Positions 1 to 11,213 of a DNA stretch of 64,000 bases are shown here, piece after piece (positions within the stretch are counted from its first letter, which is position 1; every line of letters starts with the position of its first letter). The stretch is from Candidatus Spongiisociaceae bacterium (lineage in GTDB: Bacteria; Actinomycetota; Acidimicrobiia; Spongiisociales; Spongiisociaceae): NCBI GenBank assembly GCA_965262915.1, contig OZ253564.1:2976001-3040000 (forward strand), written 5' to 3'. A program made the translations under genes and the position numbers. The notes under the pieces are model-generated. The model worked only from the letters and a program-made list of their open reading frames with translations. It was not told the DNA's origin and ran no database searches.

Positions 1-41
1 GCCGGGTCTATCGGAGACACCGGGAAACCCGGGGCGATTCA
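1..41. mobile_element. IS3-family-like terminal inverted repeat remnant(s)
   Basis: GGGAAACCCGGGGCGATTCA ending at 41 resembles an IS3-type end (reverse: TGAATCGCCCCGGGTTTCCC); 1-19 GCCGGGTCTATCGGAGACA resembles the opposite end, cut by the window edge. Confidence 0.4.
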
Positions 42-90
42 AACTCAGGTTGAACTCCAAAGTACGGAGTTGCCGGTCTGGACAGGCCGC

Positions 91-384
91 TTACACGGCC
101 AAGGACTGTGCCCAATCGTTCATCACTTGACGTTGCGGTTCGAGTACGTCACCACGGCTATCGGCTTGTTCAGCCGCGGACCCGATCCGATGTTCCAGGC
201 ACAACTCGGCGATCTCTCTCGGTACCGACTCATCAGCGGCCCAGGTTCTCAATGTGCTTTTGAACCCATGTAGCGTTCCTCCGAGGTCGAGACCGGCTAC
301 CAGCTTCGACCACTGCGACGGCCCAACCTCGCCGCCCTTCGCCTTTGGAGACACAGAGCCCGATGGGTCGGGTCGGATCGCCAT
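91..384 (-). pseudogene. C-terminal fragment of P4-type tyrosine integrase
   Basis: HGFKSTLRTWAA..ELCLEHRIGSAAEQADSRG; closely similar to 7423-7686, but R of HxxR is K and the catalytic Y is D; no N-terminal part. Confidence 0.85.
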
Positions 385-414
385 ACTCCGTGGTCTCTTA
401 TCGGGGCTGGTCGC

Positions 415-1239
415 TCACAGCGGCGGGTAGCACCTAATTGCCCTGTCAGCGAGATGGCCTCCGGTGAGATCCACCTGCCGTGGTTGCCTTCGTTGCAGCG
501 CCAAGGCGACGGCGTTTCCGGAAGCCGCTATCGAAGGTAGTCGCCGGGAACGTCGTACGCAGAGTGGGACGTCACCACCCCGCCGCGTCCTGATCCAGCC
601 GGGAACCTGGCTGTTCGGTGGCTCTGGCAATGGTGCACGTCCTCCTCGCTAAAACCTGCTGCTGCTCACACTCTGCCGCCCTTCCCCATCCGACCCGGCC
701 CTTTCGGATCCCGGAGTCCTACGCCGGCTCCGCCACGACCCGGCGTCAACAGCGGACGTTGCGCCTGCCCGTCTCCGTGCTGGTAGCACGGCGGGGAGGG
801 CAACACCGAGTCCCATCCCACGTTCACTGATGTTCGCTATGACAGAGAAGGTGCCCAGCTATACCCCGACGGCGTCGCCCGTCCCCCACATCGCAGTCTC
901 GGCACGAGCCCCTGCCTGGCCATCGGATACGGCCAGGCCGAGAGGAGGGACCATCGGAGAGGGCACCCTCCACTACCGCAGTGCAACCCATCCACCAGGT
1001 TCGACAGGTCGCTGACGACTCACGAGACTTCTGACACCGATTCAGTTTCCTTACACCTTTCTGTCCTTGCTAGCGGGCACGAGCCGTCTGGTGGTACCGA
1101 CCCGCCCGTACATTGTCAGGGCTGCTCCCAGCCTCACCCCCAACCCGGGGATCGGCCTGCCCTCAGCTTCAACCGGTCGCTGCGACAACCGGCGGCGGGC
1201 TTCTCAACCCGCACGATCCAACAGCGCCTCGTGGCGCAC
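415..1239 (-). mobile_element. Truncated group II intron (5' end, domains I-III, degraded maturase remnant)
   Basis: Minus strand starts GTGCGCCACGAGGCGCTGTTGG at 1239; has DI-like GTCGGGGTATAGCTGGGCACC...GAACGTGGGA and DIII-like GGCGGAGCCGGCGTAG...ATGGGGAAGGGCGGCAG (~670-735), then GAGGAGG and frameshifted maturase-like pieces; no RT core or domain V seen. Confidence 0.7.
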
Positions 1240-1300
1240 AGCCGAGCTCATCCACTACGAGCACTGCCGGGCCGGAGAAGAACCGCATGGTGGCGGCCCG
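1240..1300 (-). pseudogene. IS21-family IstB ATPase fragment (5' exon of the intron)
   Basis: Translates ATMRFFSGPAVLVVDELG, matching the actinobacterial IstB Walker B region (MRFFAGPxLLVIDELGY), and stops exactly at the intron GTGCG. Confidence 0.7.
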
Positions 1301-1410
1301 TCTTAAGCAAGCCGTGGCACACGTCGAAGCGGTCGCCTTTCGGTACTCGTATCAAGTTACAACTCGTCTACAAGTGGGGCTTCCGGCCAGACAGCGGCCT
1401 GTATCGGGCT

Positions 1411-2778
1411 TCAGTCGGGCGGAGGTCTCGACGCCACGAGCCCGGTCCGTTCCAAGAACTCCCCGACATCGAGCAGCAATTCCTCCTCCCACCAGGGAGC
1501 GATCAACTGCACCGCCGGAGGGGGCGTCCCGCCGTTGGCGAGGGGCAGGGAGATCGCCGTGCAGCCCAACACGTTGACCAGGGACGTGTAGCCACCCAGT
1601 ACGTCGCCGGTCCAGTGGGGTTTTCCGCCGACCACGATGTCGTCGACCCCGATCGTCTTGCGGCTGTGACCGACCGTCGGCGTCAGGATCAGGTCGTATT
1701 CGGAGAATATCCTCCGGGCCGCCTGGACTATTCCGGCCCTCCATCGCAGCGCCCGCGTGTACTCGTCGGTCGTGGTGCGCATCGCCGCCTCCACGCGCTC
1801 CCGGACTTCAGGTCCGTATGGCTTGTCGGCGTCGTCGATCCATTGCCGATGGACGGCGGCTGCCTCGGCGGCGGACAGCGAGACGCGGATCGGATCCGGG
1901 ACCAAAGCCTGGTTCCGCAGCGGCTCGACCCTCGGACCGGCCTCCCGAAGCCGGTCACAGAAAGTTTCGAACGAGGTTCGGGCCTCGTCAGATGTCGGCA
2001 CCCACTCGAGCCAGGCTAGAGGCACGGCGACCCGGACCCGGTCGAGCGAGCGGAGCCGACGGCCTTGTTGATCCCTGGGGTCGGACCAGGGGTCGCTCCG
2101 GTCGAACCCCTTCATGGCCCTGTACATGAGGCGGGCGTCGGCGCAGGTGGTGGTCATCGGTCCGACCGTGTCCATCGATGCGGCCAGCGGGAAGATCCCG
2201 GTGAGGGGGATCCGTCCGTGGGTAACCTTGAGGCCGACGATGCCGCACAGGGCGGCTGGTACCCGTACCGAACCTCCGGTGTCTGTGCCGATGGCGGCCG
2301 GGGCCATCCCCGCCGAGACCGCGACGGCCGACCCCCCGGACGATCCGCCCGGCGACAGGTTGCGGTCCCAAGGGTTGCGAACTACCCCGAACCAGGGATT
2401 CTCGGAGGAGCCCCCGTACGCGAACTCGTCCAGCCCGGTCCGGCCCATGATGATCGCCCCCGCGGCCTCCAGGCGTTCGACCACCGGGGCCGACACCGCG
2501 GCTTCGTTCCGATAGAAGGCCGACCCGGCGGTCGTCACATGCCCGGCATGATCGATCAGGTTCTTGAGGGCGATCGGGACGCCCGCCAGCGAGCCGGCGC
2601 GGGACCCGGCGTCGACCAAGTCGGCCCGACACAGCGCACCCTCGGGGTCGAGTTCGGTGAAGGCGTTTAGATCCGGGTTTCGCGCTTCAGCTGTCTCCAG
2701 GTAGCACTCGACCACTTGGCGGGCGGTCCGTTTCCCGTCGCGGACAGACCTGACGATGGACTCGACCGGGCCTACCAC
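1411..2778 (-). CDS. Amidase signature family protein (GatA-like)
   Basis: GVPIALKN, SPGGSSGGSA, IGTDTGGSVRVPA (Ser-cisSer-Lys triad motifs); 455 aa intact. Confidence 0.92.
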   Translation of the reverse strand: MVGPVESIVRSVRDGKRTARQVVECYLETAEARNPDLNAFTELDPEGALCRADLVDAGSRAGSLAGVPIALKNLIDHAGHVTTAGSAFYRNEAAVSAPVVERLEAAGAIIMGRTGLDEFAYGGSSENPWFGVVRNPWDRNLSPGGSSGGSAVAVSAGMAPAAIGTDTGGSVRVPAALCGIVGLKVTHGRIPLTGIFPLAASMDTVGPMTTTCADARLMYRAMKGFDRSDPWSDPRDQQGRRLRSLDRVRVAVPLAWLEWVPTSDEARTSFETFCDRLREAGPRVEPLRNQALVPDPIRVSLSAAEAAAVHRQWIDDADKPYGPEVRERVEAAMRTTTDEYTRALRWRAGIVQAARRIFSEYDLILTPTVGHSRKTIGVDDIVVGGKPHWTGDVLGGYTSLVNVLGCTAISLPLANGGTPPPAVQLIAPWWEEELLLDVGEFLERTGLVASRPPPD

Positions 2779-2788
2779 GGTTGCACGG

Positions 2789-3140
2789 CTACCAGACAGG
2801 GCCGGATGTCTCCGGGCAGGTCATCATCCAGAGTCTTCCCGGAGGCACCCTGATCGGATCGCCGCCGGGACCCGCGATCCTGAACCAGTCGCTGGCGCTC
2901 TCCCAGCGCCACCGGCCCTACGCGAACCGTCCCTGCCCGACCACGATGGCACGGTTCTCACCCACTGTGTTCCAGGCCGGCACGCAGGAGTCTCCCCCGG
3001 TGGGCAGTCCGTGTATCGCTTTGTCATGAGCACGATCAGCACGTCCGCCTCTATCTGCCCGGTCTCGTCACCGTCGCGGCTCCTCCAGAGCTGGGGTTCG
3101 CCGCCGCCGAGCGGAGATATCGGGTCCCTTCCCACCGCCA
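2789..3140 (-). pseudogene. DUF3048-like lipoprotein C-terminal remnant
   Basis: Frameshifted pieces QIEADVLIVLMTKRYTD and WNTVGENRAIVVGQGRFA*GRWRWESASDWFRIAGPGGDPIRVPPGRLWMM with an internal stop. Confidence 0.55.
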
Positions 3141-3149
3141 CACGATGAT

Positions 3150-3286
3150 GACGAAGACCAGGTTCTCCCGCTTGATGTCGAGTCCGGCGAAGAACTTCTG
3201 GACTGCGGCGAGGATCGTATAGTCGCCGCATCCGGGGCACCAGCGAACTTCGTGGTCGGTTTGGATTCAACCCGCGTGTAGCTCAT
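3150..3286 (-). pseudogene. korB: 2-oxoacid:ferredoxin oxidoreductase beta subunit, N-terminal fragment
   Basis: After a frameshift: DHEVRWCPGCGDYTILAAVQKFFAGLDIKRENLVFV; breaks off before SGIGCS. Confidence 0.85.
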
Positions 3287-3483
3287 TGCCCTGCTATCTC
3301 CATGCTCTTGGAGTCTATCTCGCCGAACTTGAACGGAAACCCCTCCACCTTGCTGTACGAGATCACTGGTCGGACGAACTCGGCCTTCACCATCCGGGAT
3401 AGCTGGCCGTTGTTCATCTCGGGGATCAGCGCTGTGTCGTAGCTTCCCAGCACGGTGGGCATGTTGCGCGCGAAGGGACTTAG
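3283..3483 (-). pseudogene. korA: 2-oxoacid:ferredoxin oxidoreductase alpha subunit, C-terminal fragment cut by IS1380
   Basis: LSPFARNMPTVLGSYDTALIPEMNNGQLSRMVKAEFVRPVISYSKVEGFPFK; stop overlaps the korB ATG. Confidence 0.85.
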
Positions 3484-5299
3484 CCTGAATCCACCGACGG
3501 CCTCCCCGGGGGGTGGTCCGGGGTGCGGTTGGTGGGGGGTTGAGGGGTTGGGGCTGGTTGGATTCGGGGGGTTTCGGGGGTGTGGTGGGTGTGGTTTGGT
3601 GGGTTAGGTAGTGTTGGAGGCTGGTTGGGATGGTTTCGGGCGTGTGTGGTCGGGGTTTGGGTGGTTGGTTATGGTTGCGGCGGGTCCGTCGGGCCGGGTC
3701 AGCAGAGCTGTGGCAGCGCCCGGAGGTTAGTGAGGGTGGTTAGGTAGGCGCCGGCCCAGGGCCATCGGGCGGGTAGACGCAGGAGGCGGCGTCCGCCGTG
3801 GTTGACGAGGCGTCCAGGGAGTCCGAACAGTCGGGTACGGATGGTACGTCCACAGACCAGCCGCCCGGGCGGCTGCGTACCCCCGAGGAGGGCTATCTGC
3901 CGGTAGAGGTTATGGGCTAGGGCGGCGCAGATCAGCCAGGCGGCGTTAGCTGCGAAGACGCCGGAGGGTAGGTGGGCGAGACCCCCGGAGTCTTTGAGGT
4001 CGCGGATGGCGAGTTCGCATGTGGCGTGGCGGCGGTGGTACCGGTCGATTTCGACCGCGGGCAGCGGGCTGTGCGCTTCCCCAGGGTTGTCACCGATCTC
4101 TACCACCGGCAGTTCGGCCGGTTCGGTGTCTTGTTCTCCGCGGCGGGGTTGGTGGCCGGTGTCGTCTTGTCCGGCCCGGGGTTGGTGGCGCCGGTCGGCT
4201 TCTGCCGCGGGCAGGTCCAGGTTGGTGACGAACGCGTGGTATCGCCAGTCGGGCCACAGCTCGGCTTGGGAACCGAGCAGGCGGGTGCGGCGCACTACCA
4301 GGCGAACCCGGCGTTTCTGCGACCGTTTCTTGGGGTTGGTCATCTCCAGGACTGTTTCCCCCACTTGTGCCAGCCCGCCTTCGGGATAGGCAATGGGGGT
4401 CCACGCGTCTTTGTCGATATTGCTGATCAGTGTCCTAATCTTGGCATTCAGCGGGCAGGTGATCGACCAGCCCACCCCGAGGCGGTCGAGGGCGGCCAAG
4501 AGGGTATAGGACCAGAACCCCGAATCGGCCCGCACGCTCACCGGGCCCCTGGCCCCGGCCCGTCGCACACGCCGCACTGTCTCCCCAACGAAATGGACCA
4601 CACCCCTCTGCGATGCTCCTTCCCGCAGACGGGCGCCGACCACTTCCCCCGTATCGGCTCGGAACGCCAACAGCGGGTGATAACCCAACTCTTTGGTGTA
4701 GCCATAGGCGGCCCCTTGTTTGGTCTTGGCAGACACCTCACAGATCGTCGAGTCCACATCGAGGGTCACCGCTCCCTTACCGGGACCGGCGCCCGCCCCC
4801 CACGCACGGCCCAGCGCTACGGTCACCACCTTCTCCAACTGGCGTACATGACCCCAGGTGAACGAACGCAGGAAGGTTCCCACAGTGGACGGGGCCATCA
4901 CCGCATGGGGCAACACCCGATCAGTGGAACCCGCCCGGAGCCGACCCACATGGTCAATATGGGAGGCGCCCACCAGCATCGCAGCTACCAACGTGCACAC
5001 CTTACGACCCGGATGCGCGCCACCCACCCGGCCGCCCAACCGCACCGTCCGATCCACCAAACCTTCCAAACCCAAACGGTCCATCAACGTCCCGGCCGCC
5101 AACAACCCAGCGTCGGCCACCAGCCCCTCATCATCGAAAACCGCCCCATACCGGTCGATATTCTGCAATACTCCACTCACAGGAAGTGCCTCCAGACTCC
5201 GAGCCAATACACATGTTTCGTATGGCTATTGTCCCAGATCAGAGGCACTTTCCGCGTCTATCCACCCCCAACCACAGGATATCTACCGGTGGATTCAGG
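3484..5299 (-). mobile_element. IS1380-family insertion sequence
   Basis: TIRs CCTGAATCCACCG (3484-3496) and CGGTGGATTCAGG (5287-5299); CTTAG repeated at 3479-3483 and 5300-5304. Confidence 0.93.
3699..5207 (-). CDS. IS1380-family DDE transposase
   Basis: APSTVGTFLRSF, TLDVDST, GYHPLL, VRADSGF, YHRRHATCELAIRDLK. Confidence 0.92.
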   Translation of the reverse strand: MARSLEALPVSGVLQNIDRYGAVFDDEGLVADAGLLAAGTLMDRLGLEGLVDRTVRLGGRVGGAHPGRKVCTLVAAMLVGASHIDHVGRLRAGSTDRVLPHAVMAPSTVGTFLRSFTWGHVRQLEKVVTVALGRAWGAGAGPGKGAVTLDVDSTICEVSAKTKQGAAYGYTKELGYHPLLAFRADTGEVVGARLREGASQRGVVHFVGETVRRVRRAGARGPVSVRADSGFWSYTLLAALDRLGVGWSITCPLNAKIRTLISNIDKDAWTPIAYPEGGLAQVGETVLEMTNPKKRSQKRRVRLVVRRTRLLGSQAELWPDWRYHAFVTNLDLPAAEADRRHQPRAGQDDTGHQPRRGEQDTEPAELPVVEIGDNPGEAHSPLPAVEIDRYHRRHATCELAIRDLKDSGGLAHLPSGVFAANAAWLICAALAHNLYRQIALLGGTQPPGRLVCGRTIRTRLFGLPGRLVNHGGRRLLRLPARWPWAGAYLTTLTNLRALPQLC

Positions 5300-5333
5300 C
5301 TTAGGTAGCGGCTCCTGGCATGGGCGAGGTTTG

Positions 5334-6916
<1,583 letters not shown>

Positions 6917-7422
6917 TCACCCAGACCTCTGATCCTCGAGATCGCCCAACTCCGCAACAGGCCTTGCCTGCTCGAACCGGCCCGGTCGTTCTACTAAGAC
7001 CCTGGGCAGATGAATGGGAGGAGTTCCGTAGTGTCGAGTACGGGGCGCCTGCCGTTGCTCGCCCAGGCCCCGGGGCAATCAGAGGCGAATATCACCCACC
7101 TGTGCCCTGCCAGGACGTAGCCGACGGAAGATGCGAACCCGACTGGAACCGGCATCGCAGTCAACCTGGACAGCTATCAGACCTCGATGGCCGCAGTAGG
7201 AGACCGGCCGCTCACCGACTGTACCAACCCCCGCGAACCCTTCTCCAACCAGACCCAAACATCATGATATGGAGTCGATCGGCAACCAGTTCCGCCCCTG
7301 TCTAGGATCTGGTTCAGGAGCCACACGAGTGCATTCAAGGATCACCAGAAGAGCGGATGCATCTGAGCTAGGATCCGCTCCTAGCACCAACAGAAGCAAC
7401 GCACGAGGCGCTGTCTAAGTGG

Positions 7423-8588
7423 TTAGCGGGTGAGGTATTGAGCCCAGGCCTCCATCACGTCACGGCGCCGGTCGAGTACGGCGCCTCTTGCGTAGGCTTG
7501 CTCAGCCGCCGACCCGATCCGATGAGCCAAGCACAACTCGGCGATCTCTCGGGATACGGACTGGTCCGCGGCCCAGTCTCGGAACGTACTGCGGAATCCG
7601 TGCAACGTTCCTCCGAGGTCAAGGCCGGATACCAGCTTGGTAAGTTGCCACGGTCCAAGCTCATCGCCCTTGGCGTTGGGGAACACGTACGCGGCAGGGT
7701 CGGACGGGTCCCTGTACTCCGCCGCCTCGGAAAGGATCCTGAGAACCGTGGGGGCAAGCGGAACACGGTGTTCACGGCCTTGCCTTCATCCGTTCGGCTG
7801 GGATAGTTCAGACGGCCGTTTGCTGGTCTATCTCCCCCCAGCGGGCACCCCGTACCTCCCCCGAGCGGGCTGCGGTGAGGATCGCAAACTGCGTCGCCAT
7901 GCGGGCTGGCTTATGCCCGCTTGCTGCGCTGATCTTCCGAAACGCTTCCGCCGCCTCACGGTGAGGAACAGATGCGAGGTTCTTCCGCGCCCCCATTGGT
8001 CATAGGTAGGGCTTTGGTAATCGCGGACCCTGCCGGATCGTCTGACCGGTGGCCCTCCACCACGGCCCACGCCATCACCGCTGAGATGCGTTACCGCACC
8101 CGCTTCGCCGTAGTTGGTTTGGTTGCCCATATCGGTGTGAGGATCGCCATCACGTCAGCGGTGGTGATTCTGTCGACTCGCTTCGATCCGATCACCGGAT
8201 ACACGTAGTCAGCGGGTGACTGGCGCCACTGGTCGGCCGACCGACTGCCGGGCTTCCACTTGACCGAGTAGAGGCCGATCACCACCTCGGCGGCTGCCTC
8301 GAATGTAGGAACATGGTGGAGGGTCCGCTCTTCTCTTGGGTCGCCTCCCTGCCTGGCGATCTTACGATACTCGAACGCGGTCCGTCGGGCTTCAGCGAGA
8401 CTCGTGTAGCGGACGGCACCTAGCCCATAGTCACGCCCCCGGCCCTTGACGGTGCTACGCCATAGCCACTGTTTCGATCCTCCTGGCGCGACCCGGAGCA
8501 CGAGACGGTCTCCGCATCCGTCTTGGTACTTACCCGGTTTCGTGACGGACCTAACGAACGTTGCCGTAATTCCCTTCTTGGTGCTCAG
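7423..8588 (-). pseudogene. P4-type tyrosine integrase pseudogene (multiple frameshifts)
   Basis: Pieces in different frames: ITATFVRSVTKPGKYQDG (arm-binding), ILTAARSGEVRGARW, HGFRSTFRDWAA..LAHRIGSAAEQAY; lies just downstream of tRNA-Lys. Confidence 0.9.
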
Positions 8589-8900
8589 GCTGGTCTCCGA
8601 TTCTGTCCCTCAGTCCGTCCCCGGACCCGTCCAGCAACGGACCGGGGTCCGCGCATCGGTGCATTCGGCAACGGACCGCTGTCCGCGGGCCGAAAGTTGC
8701 CCGATTCGCTGTGATTCCCCGCCGTCTTCCTCCCCAATCTATCCCCTTGTTAACCCTCGTAGCAGATAGACGACCGGGAACCGTATGAAACCTCGCGTAA
8801 CGGACATCGGCTGACTTAGTTCCCTTGGCACCTGTCGTAAAGTGCCCCTGACCTGGGAGTTTACAACGACATATGGCAGAGAGAAACGAGGAGAAACTAG

Positions 8901-8974
8901 TGGGTCGCCCGGGACTCGAACCCGGAACCTGCGGATTAAGAGTCCGTTGCTCTGCCGGATTGAGCTAGCGACCC
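8901..8974 (-). tRNA. tRNA-Lys (anticodon CTT)
   Basis: GGGTCGCTAGCTCAATCCGGCAGAGCAACGGACTCTTAATCCGCAGGTTCCGGGTTCGAGTCCCGGGCGACCCA folds as a cloverleaf; CCA not encoded. Confidence 0.95.
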
Positions 8975-9027
8975 GCAACCAGTGTAATCCGGCTCCCGGG
9001 GCTGCGAGAAGCGCCTGCGCCGTTCCG

Positions 9028-9618
9028 CTAGAGGGCTCTCAATGCATCGGCAAGAGCTCGGATGGCCCTGGCTCGGTGGCTGATCCGGTTCTTGTAGCTC
9101 TCACCCATCTGGGCGAGAGTTCTTCCGCCGACCGCGAACACCGGGTCGTAACCGAATCCGGCCGAGCCGACGGGGCGGGTAGTGATCGCACCGTTCAGCA
9201 CGCCCTCTGCTACCACTTCCCTGCCGTCTTCCAGGACGGCCACGACCACTGTCCGGAATCGCGCACTGCGTTCTCCAACCCCCTCGAGGGCCGCTAGGAG
9301 GGCAACCACGTTGGATTCGTAGGTGGCGTCGGGTCCCGAGAAGCGGGCCGTGTGAACGCCCGGGGCGCCTCCGAGGGCCGCCACTTCCAAGCCGGTGTCG
9401 TCTGCTACAGAAGCCAGTCCGGTTGCTGCCGCCACCTCGCGAGCCTTGAGGCGAGCGTTTCCTTGGAGAGTGGGGGCGTCCTCGACCACGTCAGGCCAGT
9501 CGAGACCCCTCACGATCTCCTTCACCACCCCCGATCCCACCAGTAGGGACTCCATCTCCCTGATCTTGTCGGCGTTCTTCGACGCTACGACTACCCGACC
9601 GATCGCCGGCCCGCTCAT
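9028..9618 (-). CDS. rdgB: Non-canonical purine NTP pyrophosphatase (Ham1/RdgB)
   Basis: ASKNADK, ADDTGLEV, GFGYDPVF, KNRISHR; start placed at the ATG overlapping the rph stop. Confidence 0.93.
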   Translation of the reverse strand: MSGPAIGRVVVASKNADKIREMESLLVGSGVVKEIVRGLDWPDVVEDAPTLQGNARLKAREVAAATGLASVADDTGLEVAALGGAPGVHTARFSGPDATYESNVVALLAALEGVGERSARFRTVVVAVLEDGREVVAEGVLNGAITTRPVGSAGFGYDPVFAVGGRTLAQMGESYKNRISHRARAIRALADALRAL

Positions 9619-10325
9619 CCTGCGACCAGTGCGTCCTGCAGAGCTCCGATCTGATCGATCCCCACTTCGGCCAGATCGAGGAGCCCGTCGAGTTCCTCCC
9701 GGCTGAAGGGAAGTCCCTCGGCCGTCCCCTGGACCTCGACCAGCAGACCACGGCCGGTCATCACCACGTTCAGGTCGACCGACGCCGCCACATCGTCGCG
9801 GTAGTCCAGGTCCAGCAGGGACGTTCCGTGGACGATCCCCACCGAGATCGCGGTGACCTGGTCCAGGATGGGACTCGACTCCATAATCCGCTGTTCGACA
9901 GCCCACTCGAAGGCGTCGTGCAAAGCGACCCATGCCGCGTTGACCGCCGCTGTGCGGGTACCTCCGTCGGCCTGGATCACGTCGCAATCCACGTTCACCA
10001 TGACCTCCCCCATCTTCCGGAGGTCGACGACCGAGCGCAGCGAGCGACCGATCAGCCGGGAGATCTCCTTCGATCGTCCCCCGGTGTACTGGTCGCGGCG
10101 GATCCGGCGATCCGACGATCCCGGCATCATGGCGTACTCGGCGGTGACCCAGCCGGTCCCCGTCCTCTGCATCCATCTCGGTACCCGGTCCCCGAAGGAC
10201 GCGGTCGCCAGCACGATCGTCCGGCCCATCTCGATCAGTACCGACCCGGGAGTCATCTCGGTGTACCCCTGCGTGAATCTCACGGGTCTCAACTCGTCCC
10301 GTTGCCGTACCCGTTCCGAACTCAT
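9615..10325 (-). CDS. rph: Ribonuclease PH
   Basis: GWVTAEYAMMP, EISRLIGRSLR, DCDVIQADGGTRTA. Confidence 0.96.
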   Translation of the reverse strand: MSSERVRQRDELRPVRFTQGYTEMTPGSVLIEMGRTIVLATASFGDRVPRWMQRTGTGWVTAEYAMMPGSSDRRIRRDQYTGGRSKEISRLIGRSLRSVVDLRKMGEVMVNVDCDVIQADGGTRTAAVNAAWVALHDAFEWAVEQRIMESSPILDQVTAISVGIVHGTSLLDLDYRDDVAASVDLNVVMTGRGLLVEVQGTAEGLPFSREELDGLLDLAEVGIDQIGALQDALVAG

Positions 10326-10346
10326 GGGTCTCCCTTCCGAAGCTCC

Positions 10347-11090
10347 TCAGATCCTGATCCGGGCCCCGGGGACCGCAAGGGAGACCTCTCCTTCGAATAC
10401 GGATTCGGCGTCCATGAGCGACTTCTCCGGATCCAGATAAGGTGCGATATGGGTCAGTACGAGGCGCCCCACCCCGGCGCGGCTCGCCATCGACCCGGCC
10501 TCCAAACCGGTCATGTGATACCCGACGGAACCGCTGTCACGCGGTTCGGGGAGGGTCGCCTCAGCCAGCAGGACGTCCGATCCGGCGGCGTGACGTTCGA
10601 GCACCCGGCTCGGTCCCGTGTCGGCGGTATAGGTGAGGGAACGACCGTTGGCAGCGATTCGGGGTGAGAGCGTGGGAGGGGGGTGATTGGTACGCGCCAC
10701 CGAGATCCCCATCGACCCCAAGCTGAACGAGTCCCCGTCGGAAAGGGTGACGAAATCGAACGCAGACCACCACGCCGACGAAGCCCCGGCCAGTTCCCCG
10801 AGTTCGTGGGCGAGCCGCTCGGGACAGAGAACCGGAATTGGCTCAATGGCGCGGTCACCGTAGGCGACGGCATGGTATAGAGCGAAGATGTCGGTGCAGT
10901 GGTCGGGGTGGCGGTGCGACAGGAAGACGCCGGAGAGGTCGCGCGGATCCATCTCGCTACAGAGGGCCACGTAGGTCCCGGGTCCGGCGTCCATCCACAG
11001 CCGGGTGTCCCCGTTGGACATCAGATACCCGGAGGCGGGACGCCCGGCGGTCGGGTAGGTGCCGTTGGAACCGAGAACGGTGACCTGCAT
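10347..11090 (-). CDS. MBL-fold metallo-hydrolase (RNase Z/CpdA-like)
   Basis: SHRHPDH motif, YTADTG, LTHI; usual position upstream of rph. Confidence 0.88.
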   Translation of the reverse strand: MQVTVLGSNGTYPTAGRPASGYLMSNGDTRLWMDAGPGTYVALCSEMDPRDLSGVFLSHRHPDHCTDIFALYHAVAYGDRAIEPIPVLCPERLAHELGELAGASSAWWSAFDFVTLSDGDSFSLGSMGISVARTNHPPPTLSPRIAANGRSLTYTADTGPSRVLERHAAGSDVLLAEATLPEPRDSGSVGYHMTGLEAGSMASRAGVGRLVLTHIAPYLDPEKSLMDAESVFEGEVSLAVPGARIRI

Positions 11091-11213
11091 GAGATCAGCG
11101 TAGCCAGGGCCACCGGGAAGGTTCGGCCTGGTCGACCGCTCGTCCTCGAGGCCAGCCTGAGCGGAGCTGTCTCGGGAGGAGCGCGAGCGCCGACGGGCAA
11201 CCCGATATCCGGC

